Below, piece by piece: positions 1-9,767 of a DNA stretch of 25,768 nt. The notes under the pieces were generated by a model. That model was not told the origin of the DNA and made no database searches. It worked only from the letters and a program-made list of their open reading frames with translations. Within the stretch, counting starts at the first letter, position 1. Each line of letters opens with the position of its first letter. The stretch covers positions 1-25,768 of IMG/VR virus record IMGVR_UViG_3300005914_000081; one strand, 5' to 3'. The position numbers and the translations under genes were made by a program. Source of the DNA: a virus (lineage: Duplodnaviria > Caudoviricetes).

Positions 1-58
1 TAACCCCAGTTGTTTGCTCTGCATACATCTGTACTTGGTTAAGTTTTTTTCTAGCCAT
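1..58 (-). CDS. Hypothetical protein, 5' part only (MARKKLNQVQMYAEQTTGV...), runs off the window
   Basis: ATG at 58 overlaps the upstream stop (TAATG); frame is open to the window edge. Confidence 0.55.
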   Translation of the reverse strand, partial: MARKKLNQVQMYAEQTTGV

Positions 59-360
59 TAGCCTTTAGGATTATCTGATTTAACTTTAGCTACTGCGTCT
101 TTCCAAGTAGTAGTACCATTTAGTAAGTCTTTGTATTGCATATCCATTTGGTCTTGCCATGTTGGATAAGCTACTGCTCTATCTCTTTGATACTTATTGT
201 TAATATAAGCAGTTTCTAATTCTGTTATTTTAGCTTCAATATCTGATTTTGATATTGGAGTTGTTCCATCATGCCATTCAATATTACAAGTATCAATGTC
301 TGAACCAGTTACAGAAACTTTTGCATTAGGATTTATTTTAAGTATTGCTTTTAATATCAT
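58..360 (-). CDS. Tail fibre-associated protein (possible assembly chaperone), 100 aa
   Basis: Start moved to ATG 360 (MILKAIL...), which overlaps the tail fibre stop (TAATG). The YQRDRAVAYPTWQDQMD...WKDAVAKVKSDNPK motif resembles small proteins that follow fibre genes in marine phages; function inferred from position. Confidence 0.65.
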   Translation of the reverse strand: MILKAILKINPNAKVSVTGSDIDTCNIEWHDGTTPISKSDIEAKITELETAYINNKYQRDRAVAYPTWQDQMDMQYKDLLNGTTTWKDAVAKVKSDNPKG

Positions 361-3230
361 TATGCTCCTATCTCTATTAAAGTTATGTAAGAAGTAGTAT
401 CCCAAGAACCACCAAAACTGTTTTGTACTACTGCTGAAGCAAGACTACTTATATTTGCAAATTGTGTTTTATAAGTTAAAGCAGAAGTTGATGAAGGTGA
501 ATCTACAACATTAAAACTTGCACTTGATGTTATTCCTGCTTGGTTAACACCAGCCCAATTCACAGCTCCTGTTCTTCCAATTTGAGTTGAACCTCTAAGT
601 AAAACAAGTCTTAAAGCATGGTTTGTATTACCAGTACTAACATAATTACTATTGTGAGTTGCTATTACTAAAACTTTACTTGATGTTGCAGATGGTGTTA
701 TTGAAGCAGTTAAAGTAGTATCTGCTAAAGTATTAGATGAACTAGATACTTGTGTGCTAGTATTAGCATGAACAACTTGCAAAACCTTACCACCACCAGC
801 AGAAGCAAAAGTATTATCACCTCTTAAAAAAGTTGTAGCATCAGCAGTACCGCTTCCAAGTCTTGCAGTTGCAACTGTCCCACTTGTTAAATTTGATGCT
901 GATAAAGATGTTAAATCAATATTAGAATTTAGAACTGTAGAAGGTAATCTTGCTACATCAACATTTCCAGTTAAATTAGCTGATGGTATTCCACCAGTTC
1001 CACTAATGTTATTTCCATTTAAATCTAAATTTCCACCTAGTTGAGGTGTTGTGTCTTCAACTATATTATCTATAGCATTTGGATTAGCAGTAGCACTTGT
1101 GGTAATACCATTTAATTTAGTTTGTAAAGCATCTGTAAATGCGTTTGTATCTGAATTATTTTCATATGCTGTTTTAATCTGTGCATCTGTTTGGTCAGCA
1201 GTAGCATTTGTTTCTATTGTATCTAATTTAGTACCATCTGTTGAAACATCTCTACCATCAACTGTAAATGATTGTGTGTCTAGGTTTCCACCAAGTTGAG
1301 GAGAGCCATCTTGAACAATATCTGTAAGACTTCCTGCAACAATAGTAACCCAAGAAGTACCATTGTAATATTTAAGAACATTTGAAGTTGAGTTATAAGT
1401 TAAATCTCCTTCATCTAAAGATGTTGAAGGGTCTGTACTTGCAACTCTATATCTTTCTGCAAAAGAATTAACTCCTGCAATATTTGTCGCAACAGTATTT
1501 ACTTTAGTAATAGAACCACCAACATTATTTACATTAGCAATATTTGTTGCAACTGTTCCTATATCAGTACTATCATTAGCAACTGTTGTTACATTACTAG
1601 AAATACCTGCCACAGTATTAACATCAGCAATAGCTAAAGCTACTGTTCCAATGTCAGTCGCATCACCTGCTACTGTGTTTATGTTAGCTGAATTAGTATT
1701 AACAGCATTTATATTTGAACTGTTTGAATTTACATTTGATACAGCAGTTGAAATTCCTGCTACTGAAGTTACGTCTGAACTAATACCTGCGACTGTACTA
1801 ATGTTAGCATCAATTCCTGCTACAGTATTTATATTTGAATTATTTCCTGCAACTGTATTAATATTACTTGAATTTGAATTTACTGCATTAATATTTGAAG
1901 CATTAGAATTTACAGCATTGATATTTGCAATATTAGTTGCTACTGAATTAACATTTGTAATAGAACCCCCAACATTATCTACGTTAGCAATACTATTAGC
2001 AACTGTATCTATTTCTGAAGTTGCTTCTAATAAATCATCAGCAACAGCTTGAACTTCAGTAAGTTTATTTTCTACTGCTTGAATATCTGAACTAATATTT
2101 GCAACTGCTGTAACATCTGCACTAATACCTGCAACTGTAGTTACATTGCTTGACACACCTGCTACTGTAGAAATATTTGTGTTATTTCCTGCAACTGTAT
2201 TTATATTTGTTGCGTTTGCATTAACTGCATTGATGTTTGTTGAATTTGAATTTACTGCTGTAACAGCACTTGAGATACCTGCAACCGAAGTTACATCACT
2301 ATCTATACCTGCTACTGTTGTTACATTAGCTGAAATATTTTCTACTGCCGATACATCACTTGCAATACCTGCAACGCTTGTAACGTCTCCAGAAATTCCT
2401 GCTACTGTCGTAGTGTTAGCTGATATTCCTGCAACTGTTGTTACGTTAGCTGAAATCCCTGCTACTGTAGTTACGTTAGCTGAATTAAGACCTACTATAT
2501 TTACATTAGCTATGTTGTTTGCAACTGTATCAATCTCTGATGTTGCTTCGTTTAAATCGTCTGCAACTGTTTCAATTTCGCTAACTGCTTCTGCTAAATC
2601 ATTTGCAACTGCAATTACTTTTGCAATATCAGTTGCTACTGTATTTACTGAAGTTATGTTAGTTGCTACTGTGTTAATTGCTACAGTATCAGTTGCGACT
2701 TGGTTTATATTTGTGCTGTTAGAATTTACAGCATTTATATTTGCTATATTAGAATTAACTGTAGTTAGAGCAGTTTTGTTTGCTGTAGATAACCAAGTGT
2801 TTTCTAAATAGTTTTTTGTAGCAACATCTTGTGCTGACGTTGGGTCTGCTACGTTTGTAATTCTTTTACTTTGTGCATCATAAACATCTGCTGTTGTAAG
2901 TGCTAAATTATTTGATTGGTCATCTGTAATTTCTTGAACAGCATAAAAGTTTTGATTAGCTGACATATCAAGTTCAGCTTCAGTTAATACTGAGCCATCT
3001 TGGAAATCTACTAGTCTACTATCTACTGGTGTTTGTCTTTCAATTCTAATAACAGCACTACTTGTAGGTGCAGTATCGAATGTAACTGTAGAAGATGAGA
3101 CTGAAAATGCAGTTGTTGAAACTCCATCTAAATAACATTTGATATGTGTACTATCTATATAGCTGTAACTTATAGAATACTGTGTAGTGCTTCCATTACC
3201 AGTATATGTGTTAAATGAAAATTGTGTCAT
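360..3230 (-). CDS. Tail fibre protein (T7 gp17-like N-terminal anchor, repeat shaft, C-terminal domain)
   Basis: N-terminus YTGNGSTTQYSI...IRIERQTP..RLVDFQDGSVLTEAELD matches the T7 gp17 anchor domain; follows the largest internal virion gene. Confidence 0.9.
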   Translation of the reverse strand: MTQFSFNTYTGNGSTTQYSISYSYIDSTHIKCYLDGVSTTAFSVSSSTVTFDTAPTSSAVIRIERQTPVDSRLVDFQDGSVLTEAELDMSANQNFYAVQEITDDQSNNLALTTADVYDAQSKRITNVADPTSAQDVATKNYLENTWLSTANKTALTTVNSNIANINAVNSNSTNINQVATDTVAINTVATNITSVNTVATDIAKVIAVANDLAEAVSEIETVADDLNEATSEIDTVANNIANVNIVGLNSANVTTVAGISANVTTVAGISANTTTVAGISGDVTSVAGIASDVSAVENISANVTTVAGIDSDVTSVAGISSAVTAVNSNSTNINAVNANATNINTVAGNNTNISTVAGVSSNVTTVAGISADVTAVANISSDIQAVENKLTEVQAVADDLLEATSEIDTVANSIANVDNVGGSITNVNSVATNIANINAVNSNASNINAVNSNSSNINTVAGNNSNINTVAGIDANISTVAGISSDVTSVAGISTAVSNVNSNSSNINAVNTNSANINTVAGDATDIGTVALAIADVNTVAGISSNVTTVANDSTDIGTVATNIANVNNVGGSITKVNTVATNIAGVNSFAERYRVASTDPSTSLDEGDLTYNSTSNVLKYYNGTSWVTIVAGSLTDIVQDGSPQLGGNLDTQSFTVDGRDVSTDGTKLDTIETNATADQTDAQIKTAYENNSDTNAFTDALQTKLNGITTSATANPNAIDNIVEDTTPQLGGNLDLNGNNISGTGGIPSANLTGNVDVARLPSTVLNSNIDLTSLSASNLTSGTVATARLGSGTADATTFLRGDNTFASAGGGKVLQVVHANTSTQVSSSSNTLADTTLTASITPSATSSKVLVIATHNSNYVSTGNTNHALRLVLLRGSTQIGRTGAVNWAGVNQAGITSSASFNVVDSPSSTSALTYKTQFANISSLASAVVQNSFGGSWDTTSYITLIEIGA
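1460..2780 (-). repeat. Degenerate ~30-nt (10-aa) tandem coding repeats in the tail fibre shaft; boundaries approximate
   Basis: Repeated NVTTVAGISA / DVTSVAGISS / NINAVNSNSS units in the translation. Confidence 0.9.
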
Positions 3231-3233
3231 AGT

Positions 3234-6200
3234 TTATTTCGAGAACTGATATAATCCGTCTAAATCAGCATTGTTGATTGGTAGTCCTTGTTTGGTTTTA
3301 AATTTAAAGTTATCTCTTGCTTTAATAGAATTTTCTAATGAAAAATTACCAGTATCATCTTTGGTACTTTTAAAGTTAGTTCTTGTTCTAATAATTTCTT
3401 CTTCTACAGCAGTGTGATAAGTTTTGATTATTTGTTTTAAATATCTTGCTTTAGTCCCATCATCTTTATTATTATTATCTAAAACTATAGGGTCACTTAA
3501 TCTATTATAGTAATCAGAATTGATTACATTTTTTAATCTGTCATCTAAAGATAAACCACGAATTTTTACTTTACCTAGTAATTCCATTTGCTTATTGTAA
3601 GCAGTTTGTCCATCACCACTTTTAAATAAAGTTAAATCAATGTCTCCTCTAAGAGTATCATTCATTGTAGGCATATTTATACCTAGTCTTAAAACTTCCT
3701 CTGCAACAGGGTCATCAATTTGTTCTGAAGTTGTGAATGGATTAAATAGACCATTAAATAATCTTGTACCTTCAGTACCATGTATTCTTAATTTGTTACC
3801 TCTGAAATCATATTTATCTTCAACTTCTCCAAAGCCACTTCTTTTCTTAGCGACATCTAGAATAGTTTTAGTATCTTTATAAAAAGGGTCATTAACTAGT
3901 TTTGTCCATACGTTAGGAATGAATGAACCTATTTTAGAATTTTTATAGTTCTTCCATTTTGAAGTATCATCACTTGTTAAAACTTCCATAAAATCAGCAA
4001 GACCTTTTAAATAAGTTTTACTTACTAAATTTCTAGAAGCACCTGTCCATAAAGCACCACCAATATTAGCTAAATTATCTGCTGTCGATAAATAGTCGCT
4101 AGTATCACCACCTTGTTTAGCTAAAAGAATAAGCATGTTGCCACCAACACGTCTCATGTCTTCTTCACTTAGTTTGTCATACTGCTCGTTAAAATCTGCC
4201 ATGATGCCAAAGAAAGCACCAAATGGGTCAAACCTTCCGAATTGAACATATTTATGTTTTCCACTTTCTTCATCAAAATATCTAAAAGCATAAGGTAATG
4301 CTCCAGTATTTTTCTTTAAATTTCTTAAATCTGTTGAACTTGTAAAGCCTTCTCCTGCTAACTGTCCTTGACTACCTGTAATAATACCTTCTCTGTGTAA
4401 TATAGAGCCTAGTGTTAAAAGGGTTAAGCCTGTTGCCATTCCACCTCTAGCTTGTGCCATTCTTTCTGCACCTGCTCTACCAAAGAAGTCATCTCTAAAT
4501 TTACCTCTTGCAAAGCCTAATGGTGTTCTGTCTACGACATTTAACATTAAATTTACAGGTGTTCTAATGAAAGGAATAATCTGTTTTATGAAAGGAAAAT
4601 CATTAGCAATATCCTGAACTTTTTTAAATATACCATCTAATTCTTGGGTATATGTATTTTCATCAGCTTTTCGCATTGCTGTTTTATTTAATGCACCACC
4701 AAACTCATCAAAACCTGCATCAAAGTAATCACTTACAAATTGGTCAAATTCTGAAATAGGTTTTTTAGTTTTTAAATCTGAAGCAACTATTTTAGTTCTG
4801 CTTTTGCCATTCTCTATTGCAAGGTCTACACCTTGTTTTTCTAATTCTGTTCTATAAGTAATTTGTCTAAAAAATTCATCTTCAGCATTAAGAAATTTAG
4901 TAGGGTATCTTATAGCTTTACCTACTCTATTTATTATTTTACCTGATGTACTATCATTATCTAATACTTCTTTAAATAATCCAGTCTCAGGGTCTTTAAC
5001 AAGTTTTCTCTTTTGAATTGCTTTTTCAGGAATATCTAATTTTCCTCTTTTACTTAAAATTGTATCTTCCTTAGCAAATGCTAATTTCATGTATCTAACA
5101 CTATCTGTTAAGTGTCTTCTTAAACCTACATAAGTGCTAATTGCTCTCCTACCCTCTGCTCTTAACATAGCAACTTTCTCAGGATTTTCTAATAAAGATA
5201 AAGACATTCTACTGCCAACCATCTTTTCTAAAGGTCTTAGAAATACGTTAGTTAAATTAGAAGATAAGTTAATCATGTGCGTCTTAGGATTAGATAAAAG
5301 TGCATTAATCCATACTTCATTTAATATGTCCCAAGTCTTATTTTTAACAGCAAAGTTTAGAACTTTACTAATATTACTATCTCCTGCTTTTGCTATTTGG
5401 TCTATAAATATGCTAATATCTCCACCATAATTATCCATTTCTTTAAAAACTAAATCTAAATCTTGTACTATAGGATTTTTTGCAGTTCTGCCTGACATTC
5501 TTAATGTCTGACCTGAACTTCTTCCTATTGATAATTTTTGTTCATTAATAACTTTCCATTTAGGAAAGAAACTTTTTTGAAAATATTCTTGAATTTGTGG
5601 TTCTTTATTGGATAATTTAGCTAACCTTTTTCCACTATTTGCTAGTGTTTCAATATAACTATTCATTGCCATGATTTTATGTGGTGCTGTCTTCATCACA
5701 TTTTCTAAGTCTTTAATATCTATTTCTAACTTATTAGGATTACTTCCATAAAGTTTTCTTGCTGTTTTCTCTACAACTTCATCACTTAAAATAATTCTTT
5801 TACTTTTAATTAATTTCTCATAAGTTTTATTGAAACTATCTAAACTAAGTAGACCATCTTTATCTAAACTAAGAAATTGTCTAACATTAAAGTTTAAACT
5901 TAAATCTAAGTTTTCAATATTACCATCAAACATTTCTTTGTTTGGTGAAGTCTTTTGTGCATTTTGAAATTGTGTTACAACTGCATCATCTAAATCTTTT
6001 TGAAGACTTTCTTTAGCTATAATTGTTTCACTATCTGATATAGGTTTATATCTAGATTTAACTATGTCTTCCTCTTTAATTTCTTTTAAATATGTTTCAT
6101 CTTCAGCTAATTGTTTTTCATTAACTGCTTTACCTTCTGCTAATCCTTTACGATTTTTAAAATATCTAAATGTTCTTAATCCTGCTTCAATACCACCACC

Positions 6201-6929
6201 AACTAGTCCACCTTCTAAAGCATTTTTAAATCTTGCTTCATAAAAACCTTCGTCTTTTCCTTCTGAACTTAAATAATCAAATAAAGGATTTTCTAGAGAT
6301 GGAGCAAACTCTGTTACCATATCTACTAGTCTTCCAGTTTCTTCATTAAATGCTGTAAAGTCTGCGATTGCACCTTTACCCATCATCTTTGTAAATTGAC
6401 CAGTCTTTGATGCTTGGAAGAATGGAGATATTTTCTTAGACGCACCAGTTAATTTTCCTGCTACTCCTAAAACTTTACCACCAGTGAACCAACCAGTTGA
6501 AAATTGTGCTATACCTTTAGCTAGATTACCTTGCCATGTATGAGGGTCTCCATCAAAATCAGGTAGTGTTAAGCCATCATTGACACCTTTTTCACCAAAT
6601 AATAGACCTTTACGTTTATTAGCTTTAAATTCTGCGAAGTTTTCGTAGCCTATTCTACCATTTTCTGCGTCTTTACCAAATACAAAGCCACCAATATTAG
6701 TCGCTTCTCCTAAAGTGTCACTTAATCCCTCTGCGAGGTCAACTGTCGACTGAATACCATCTCTAACCCCATCTACAACCCCTATACCTACGTCAGCTAT
6801 AGCACCTCTTTTCTTACGGAAAGTATTAAACTTATCCTGTGCCATATAATTATTCATAACATCTTCAGAAGTTCCTTCAGGAAAGTCTAAATATTCACCA
6901 TTAGGTGCTTGTTTTCTTATAGTTGTCAT
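3234..6929 (-). CDS. Large internal virion (ejectosome) protein, T7 gp16 position
   Basis: 1231 aa; last of three core genes before the fibre; assignment mainly by synteny and size. Confidence 0.75.
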   Translation of the reverse strand: MTTIRKQAPNGEYLDFPEGTSEDVMNNYMAQDKFNTFRKKRGAIADVGIGVVDGVRDGIQSTVDLAEGLSDTLGEATNIGGFVFGKDAENGRIGYENFAEFKANKRKGLLFGEKGVNDGLTLPDFDGDPHTWQGNLAKGIAQFSTGWFTGGKVLGVAGKLTGASKKISPFFQASKTGQFTKMMGKGAIADFTAFNEETGRLVDMVTEFAPSLENPLFDYLSSEGKDEGFYEARFKNALEGGLVGGGIEAGLRTFRYFKNRKGLAEGKAVNEKQLAEDETYLKEIKEEDIVKSRYKPISDSETIIAKESLQKDLDDAVVTQFQNAQKTSPNKEMFDGNIENLDLSLNFNVRQFLSLDKDGLLSLDSFNKTYEKLIKSKRIILSDEVVEKTARKLYGSNPNKLEIDIKDLENVMKTAPHKIMAMNSYIETLANSGKRLAKLSNKEPQIQEYFQKSFFPKWKVINEQKLSIGRSSGQTLRMSGRTAKNPIVQDLDLVFKEMDNYGGDISIFIDQIAKAGDSNISKVLNFAVKNKTWDILNEVWINALLSNPKTHMINLSSNLTNVFLRPLEKMVGSRMSLSLLENPEKVAMLRAEGRRAISTYVGLRRHLTDSVRYMKLAFAKEDTILSKRGKLDIPEKAIQKRKLVKDPETGLFKEVLDNDSTSGKIINRVGKAIRYPTKFLNAEDEFFRQITYRTELEKQGVDLAIENGKSRTKIVASDLKTKKPISEFDQFVSDYFDAGFDEFGGALNKTAMRKADENTYTQELDGIFKKVQDIANDFPFIKQIIPFIRTPVNLMLNVVDRTPLGFARGKFRDDFFGRAGAERMAQARGGMATGLTLLTLGSILHREGIITGSQGQLAGEGFTSSTDLRNLKKNTGALPYAFRYFDEESGKHKYVQFGRFDPFGAFFGIMADFNEQYDKLSEEDMRRVGGNMLILLAKQGGDTSDYLSTADNLANIGGALWTGASRNLVSKTYLKGLADFMEVLTSDDTSKWKNYKNSKIGSFIPNVWTKLVNDPFYKDTKTILDVAKKRSGFGEVEDKYDFRGNKLRIHGTEGTRLFNGLFNPFTTSEQIDDPVAEEVLRLGINMPTMNDTLRGDIDLTLFKSGDGQTAYNKQMELLGKVKIRGLSLDDRLKNVINSDYYNRLSDPIVLDNNNKDDGTKARYLKQIIKTYHTAVEEEIIRTRTNFKSTKDDTGNFSLENSIKARDNFKFKTKQGLPINNADLDGLYQFSK
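3482..3501 (-). promoter_or_regulatory. Candidate phage RNAP promoter upstream of the tail fibre (phi17-like position)
   Basis: ATTAAGTGACCCTATAGTTT; 15 of the first 17 nt match the 6707-6726 copy; resembles SP6 ATTTAGGTGACACTATAG. Confidence 0.4.
6707..6726 (-). promoter_or_regulatory. Candidate phage RNAP promoter inside the gp16-like gene
   Basis: ATTAAGTGACACTTTAGGAG, 19/20 identical to 18032-18051. Confidence 0.4.
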
Positions 6930-8722
6930 TTATTCGTTTCTCCTATGGATTTTTTAAACATTTCTTTAGTTATTTTATATTTACTTTGAAAATTTGCTGA
7001 GTTCATTCTTTGTGCATCTGTTCTTCTTAATGCTATTTCTAACTCAGTAAAACCATAAGTATTCTTTTTAGCTGTTTTTTTATCATCAAAGGTAACCTCA
7101 GAAACTTCAAATGATTTTAGTTCTTCAGGATTTACAACAGTAGTTTGCTTACTAGAACTGTCGTCTCCATAAGTAGGTTTATCTTTTGATGCTTCAATTA
7201 ATTCTTGTTCTTCTTCTTGAAATCTATTTCTAACCCAGTCTTTAAATTTTGTTCTTCTATCAGCTTTAGTAAAACCAAGCTGTTCTCCTGCTACTGGATT
7301 TCCTGTTTCTCCTATAGGGTGATTGGCTAACCATTCAATAGCATCTTGTCTAAATTGAAATTTTAAAGCAGGGTCTACATTGTTTATTAGAGAACCTTTT
7401 GAATTTGATATAATATCTTGCATAATTCCATCTATTCTGTTTTCAAAATGTCTGTACGTTTTTGAATTTAATAAAGGGTCTTCACCTGAAATTTTAAAAT
7501 TACTAATTACATCTTTGTAATCATTATAAAATTTTTGTTGTATTTTACTTTGATTTTCAACAAGAAATTCCATTGCTTCAGTGTATTTACCTGTTGTAAT
7601 TAATTCGTTTAAGTTTTCTTCAATACCCATTTCAGTTTGTGAACTAAAACCAGTTTGTCTCTCAGAAAATATTTTTTTGATTTTTTCTTTTTTATAAGAT
7701 GAATAAGTGTCCCATCTAGGGTCTTCTTCTTTAGCTTCATTAAAAGTTATATATCTATCTGCAACAGTTAGACCTTCTAGATATTCACCTTGTCTTAATG
7801 CTTCAGTTCTTTCATTCCTATCTTTTATTTCTGCTGTCGTTCTATCTTGAAGTTTATCTTTAATTTGAAACAAATCATCTTTAAGACCTTTAATATCTCC
7901 TAATTTACCAGTTCCTAATTCTATATGTTTCGGAAGTTCTTCTAATATTTTCTCTGCATATTCATAGTCACCAGTTTTGTCAGCATAATCTGTTAGTGTT
8001 TCTAATAGATACTTTTGTGCTGAACCATTACTTAAACCATTTGCAGTTTTATCTTTTATAAATGCTGATATGTTTGCACCAATTTCTGCAAAACTTTTAC
8101 TTTCATCAAAAAGACCTTGAATACTATTCTGAAAATTAATTTTATATTGTTCACTAATATTAGCCATTTGTGAACTAACATGAGTTTGAAATAATTGTGC
8201 TTTAAATCCTGAAGTTTTTTGAAAGAAACCATTTTCTAAATCTATGGGTTTATAAGCACCTAAATTATTTTTAGCTACATACTGTTTAATTTCTTGTGCA
8301 TAAAACTTTTGAAATGCTTCTGGGTCAGGATTTTCTGAAACTTTCATTTCAGCATATTTAGTTCCTAACATATTAGAAAATATTTGTGCTTTAGTATTAA
8401 GTTCTAACTCTTTATATTTATCAATAAAATAAGGATTAGCTTCTTTTGGAAGTGTTCCATTATTAACTCTAGTATTAAATGCTGTTCTATTTGCATTATA
8501 TTCTTTTAAGGCTTCAGCTTCATTTACTTTCTTTTCTTTAACTTCAGAAGCAATAACCATTTTTGCACCTGCATTATTAACAAAATTATTCAAAGAAGCA
8601 GTCAATTCTTTCATACCTGCTATTTCAGGCTTTACTTGTGGTGTATAAAATAAGTTAAAGTCTGAGGATAGAACCTGTCTTGCATCAGGTTTTAAATCTA
8701 GTTTATCTGTTTTTCTTGCCAT
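6926..8722 (-). CDS. Internal virion protein, T7 gp15 position
   Basis: 598 aa charged, helical-looking ORF between the gp14-like and gp16-like genes; synteny. Confidence 0.7.
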   Translation of the reverse strand: MARKTDKLDLKPDARQVLSSDFNLFYTPQVKPEIAGMKELTASLNNFVNNAGAKMVIASEVKEKKVNEAEALKEYNANRTAFNTRVNNGTLPKEANPYFIDKYKELELNTKAQIFSNMLGTKYAEMKVSENPDPEAFQKFYAQEIKQYVAKNNLGAYKPIDLENGFFQKTSGFKAQLFQTHVSSQMANISEQYKINFQNSIQGLFDESKSFAEIGANISAFIKDKTANGLSNGSAQKYLLETLTDYADKTGDYEYAEKILEELPKHIELGTGKLGDIKGLKDDLFQIKDKLQDRTTAEIKDRNERTEALRQGEYLEGLTVADRYITFNEAKEEDPRWDTYSSYKKEKIKKIFSERQTGFSSQTEMGIEENLNELITTGKYTEAMEFLVENQSKIQQKFYNDYKDVISNFKISGEDPLLNSKTYRHFENRIDGIMQDIISNSKGSLINNVDPALKFQFRQDAIEWLANHPIGETGNPVAGEQLGFTKADRRTKFKDWVRNRFQEEEQELIEASKDKPTYGDDSSSKQTTVVNPEELKSFEVSEVTFDDKKTAKKNTYGFTELEIALRRTDAQRMNSANFQSKYKITKEMFKKSIGETNK

Positions 8723-9312
8723 TATTTAGGTGAGTTATAGGTTTTACCACTGGTGTTATAAGTTCTCTTTTCTCGGTTAGTTTTTAAACCTTTAAGTTCT
8801 TTTTCTGCTTCCAATGAGTAATATGAGTTAGCCACATTTAAAGCTGAAGATACAAATAGTAATTCAGGATTAGGTGGTTGCACATAAGTTGATTGTGCTT
8901 CTTGACCAAACTGAATTGCTTCTAAATTTCTTTCATACTGTGCAATATCAATATTTAGATTAGTATTTAATGAAGCCATATAATTACCCTCTACTCTGTA
9001 GAAGTCTCTCATTAATGCTTCTGTTGAGCCTGACATAGCTAAACCTGAACCTGATACATCAGAAATAAAATCACTTCTTGCTCTTTTAGATTTTAAGTTA
9101 GCTTCATAACCTTTTTGTTGAGTAGCTTTTACTTGTTGATTAATTTTTAATTGCTCTGAAGCATATCTTTGAATAGCATTATTCTTTGCTATTTCATTCT
9201 GTCTAATCTGTGCATTGTAGGTATTCTTTTGTACCTGTTTTTGTTGTTTGTACTCCATTCCAGAGGACAAAGCACTTCCAATCATCATAGCTGTTGTTGG
9301 TTCTACACACAT
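8722..9312 (-). CDS. Internal virion protein, T7 gp14-like
   Basis: 196 aa; MC.EP-type start followed by an Ala/Gly/Ser-rich segment and Gln-rich helical region, as in the gp14 family; synteny. Confidence 0.8.
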   Translation of the reverse strand: MCVEPTTAMMIGSALSSGMEYKQQKQVQKNTYNAQIRQNEIAKNNAIQRYASEQLKINQQVKATQQKGYEANLKSKRARSDFISDVSGSGLAMSGSTEALMRDFYRVEGNYMASLNTNLNIDIAQYERNLEAIQFGQEAQSTYVQPPNPELLFVSSALNVANSYYSLEAEKELKGLKTNREKRTYNTSGKTYNSPK

Positions 9313-9767
9313 ATTCTTATAACCTCATAAAAGGGTTCATTTAAAACTCCGTATTTTTTCTTGTTAATAAATTTGAAACCACACCACTTTAACCATTTGA
9401 TGTGTAGTGAATTTCTGCAATCCACAAAGTTCCATAAAATCTTGTATTTTGTATTTAAGAAATCAATTACTTTTTTATTTTCTCTTAAAAAGGAATATTG
9501 AATATCTTTTAATTTGTCTGTTGCTAATAACCATATTGCACCACTAACTGTAATTCCAAATATTGCTACTGGTTCTTTCTTTAAATTAACAATCGTAAAA
9601 ACTATCTGTGAGTTAATATATGAATAATATAAAGCAGGGTAAGGCAACATTCCTGAAGCTGATAAAATTTCCCTTTTATCTTCAAATCTTAATCTAGGTG
9701 CTAAATATTTAATGTCTTCAACTGTTGCTAATCTAAAATGGTTATACTCTTGAACTTGCTGTAACAT
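9303..9767 (-). CDS. Internal virion protein A (T7 gp13-like); start uncertain
   Basis: LRFEDKREI...IWLL...LWNFVDCRNSLHIKWLKWCGF pattern typical of the gp13 family; follows tail tubular B. Confidence 0.8.
   Translation of the reverse strand: MLQQVQEYNHFRLATVEDIKYLAPRLRFEDKREILSASGMLPYPALYYSYINSQIVFTIVNLKKEPVAIFGITVSGAIWLLATDKLKDIQYSFLRENKKVIDFLNTKYKILWNFVDCRNSLHIKWLKWCGFKFINKKKYGVLNEPFYEVIRICV

Noticed and set aside
361-405. N-terminal extensions in the ORF track (405, also 19517, 21896, 24470)
   Set aside because: They overlap upstream genes; downstream ATGs at or near the upstream stops are more plausible starts
1460-2780. Repeats as a CRISPR array or diversity-generating retroelement target
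   Set aside because: Repeats are in-frame, degenerate and spacer-less; no reverse transcriptase or template/variable repeat pair was seen
1051-2811. Plus-strand ORFs 1051-1299, 1651-2052 and 2146-2811 with repetitive hydrophobic translations
   Set aside because: Antisense shadows of the low-complexity tail fibre repeats; opposite to the uniform gene direction
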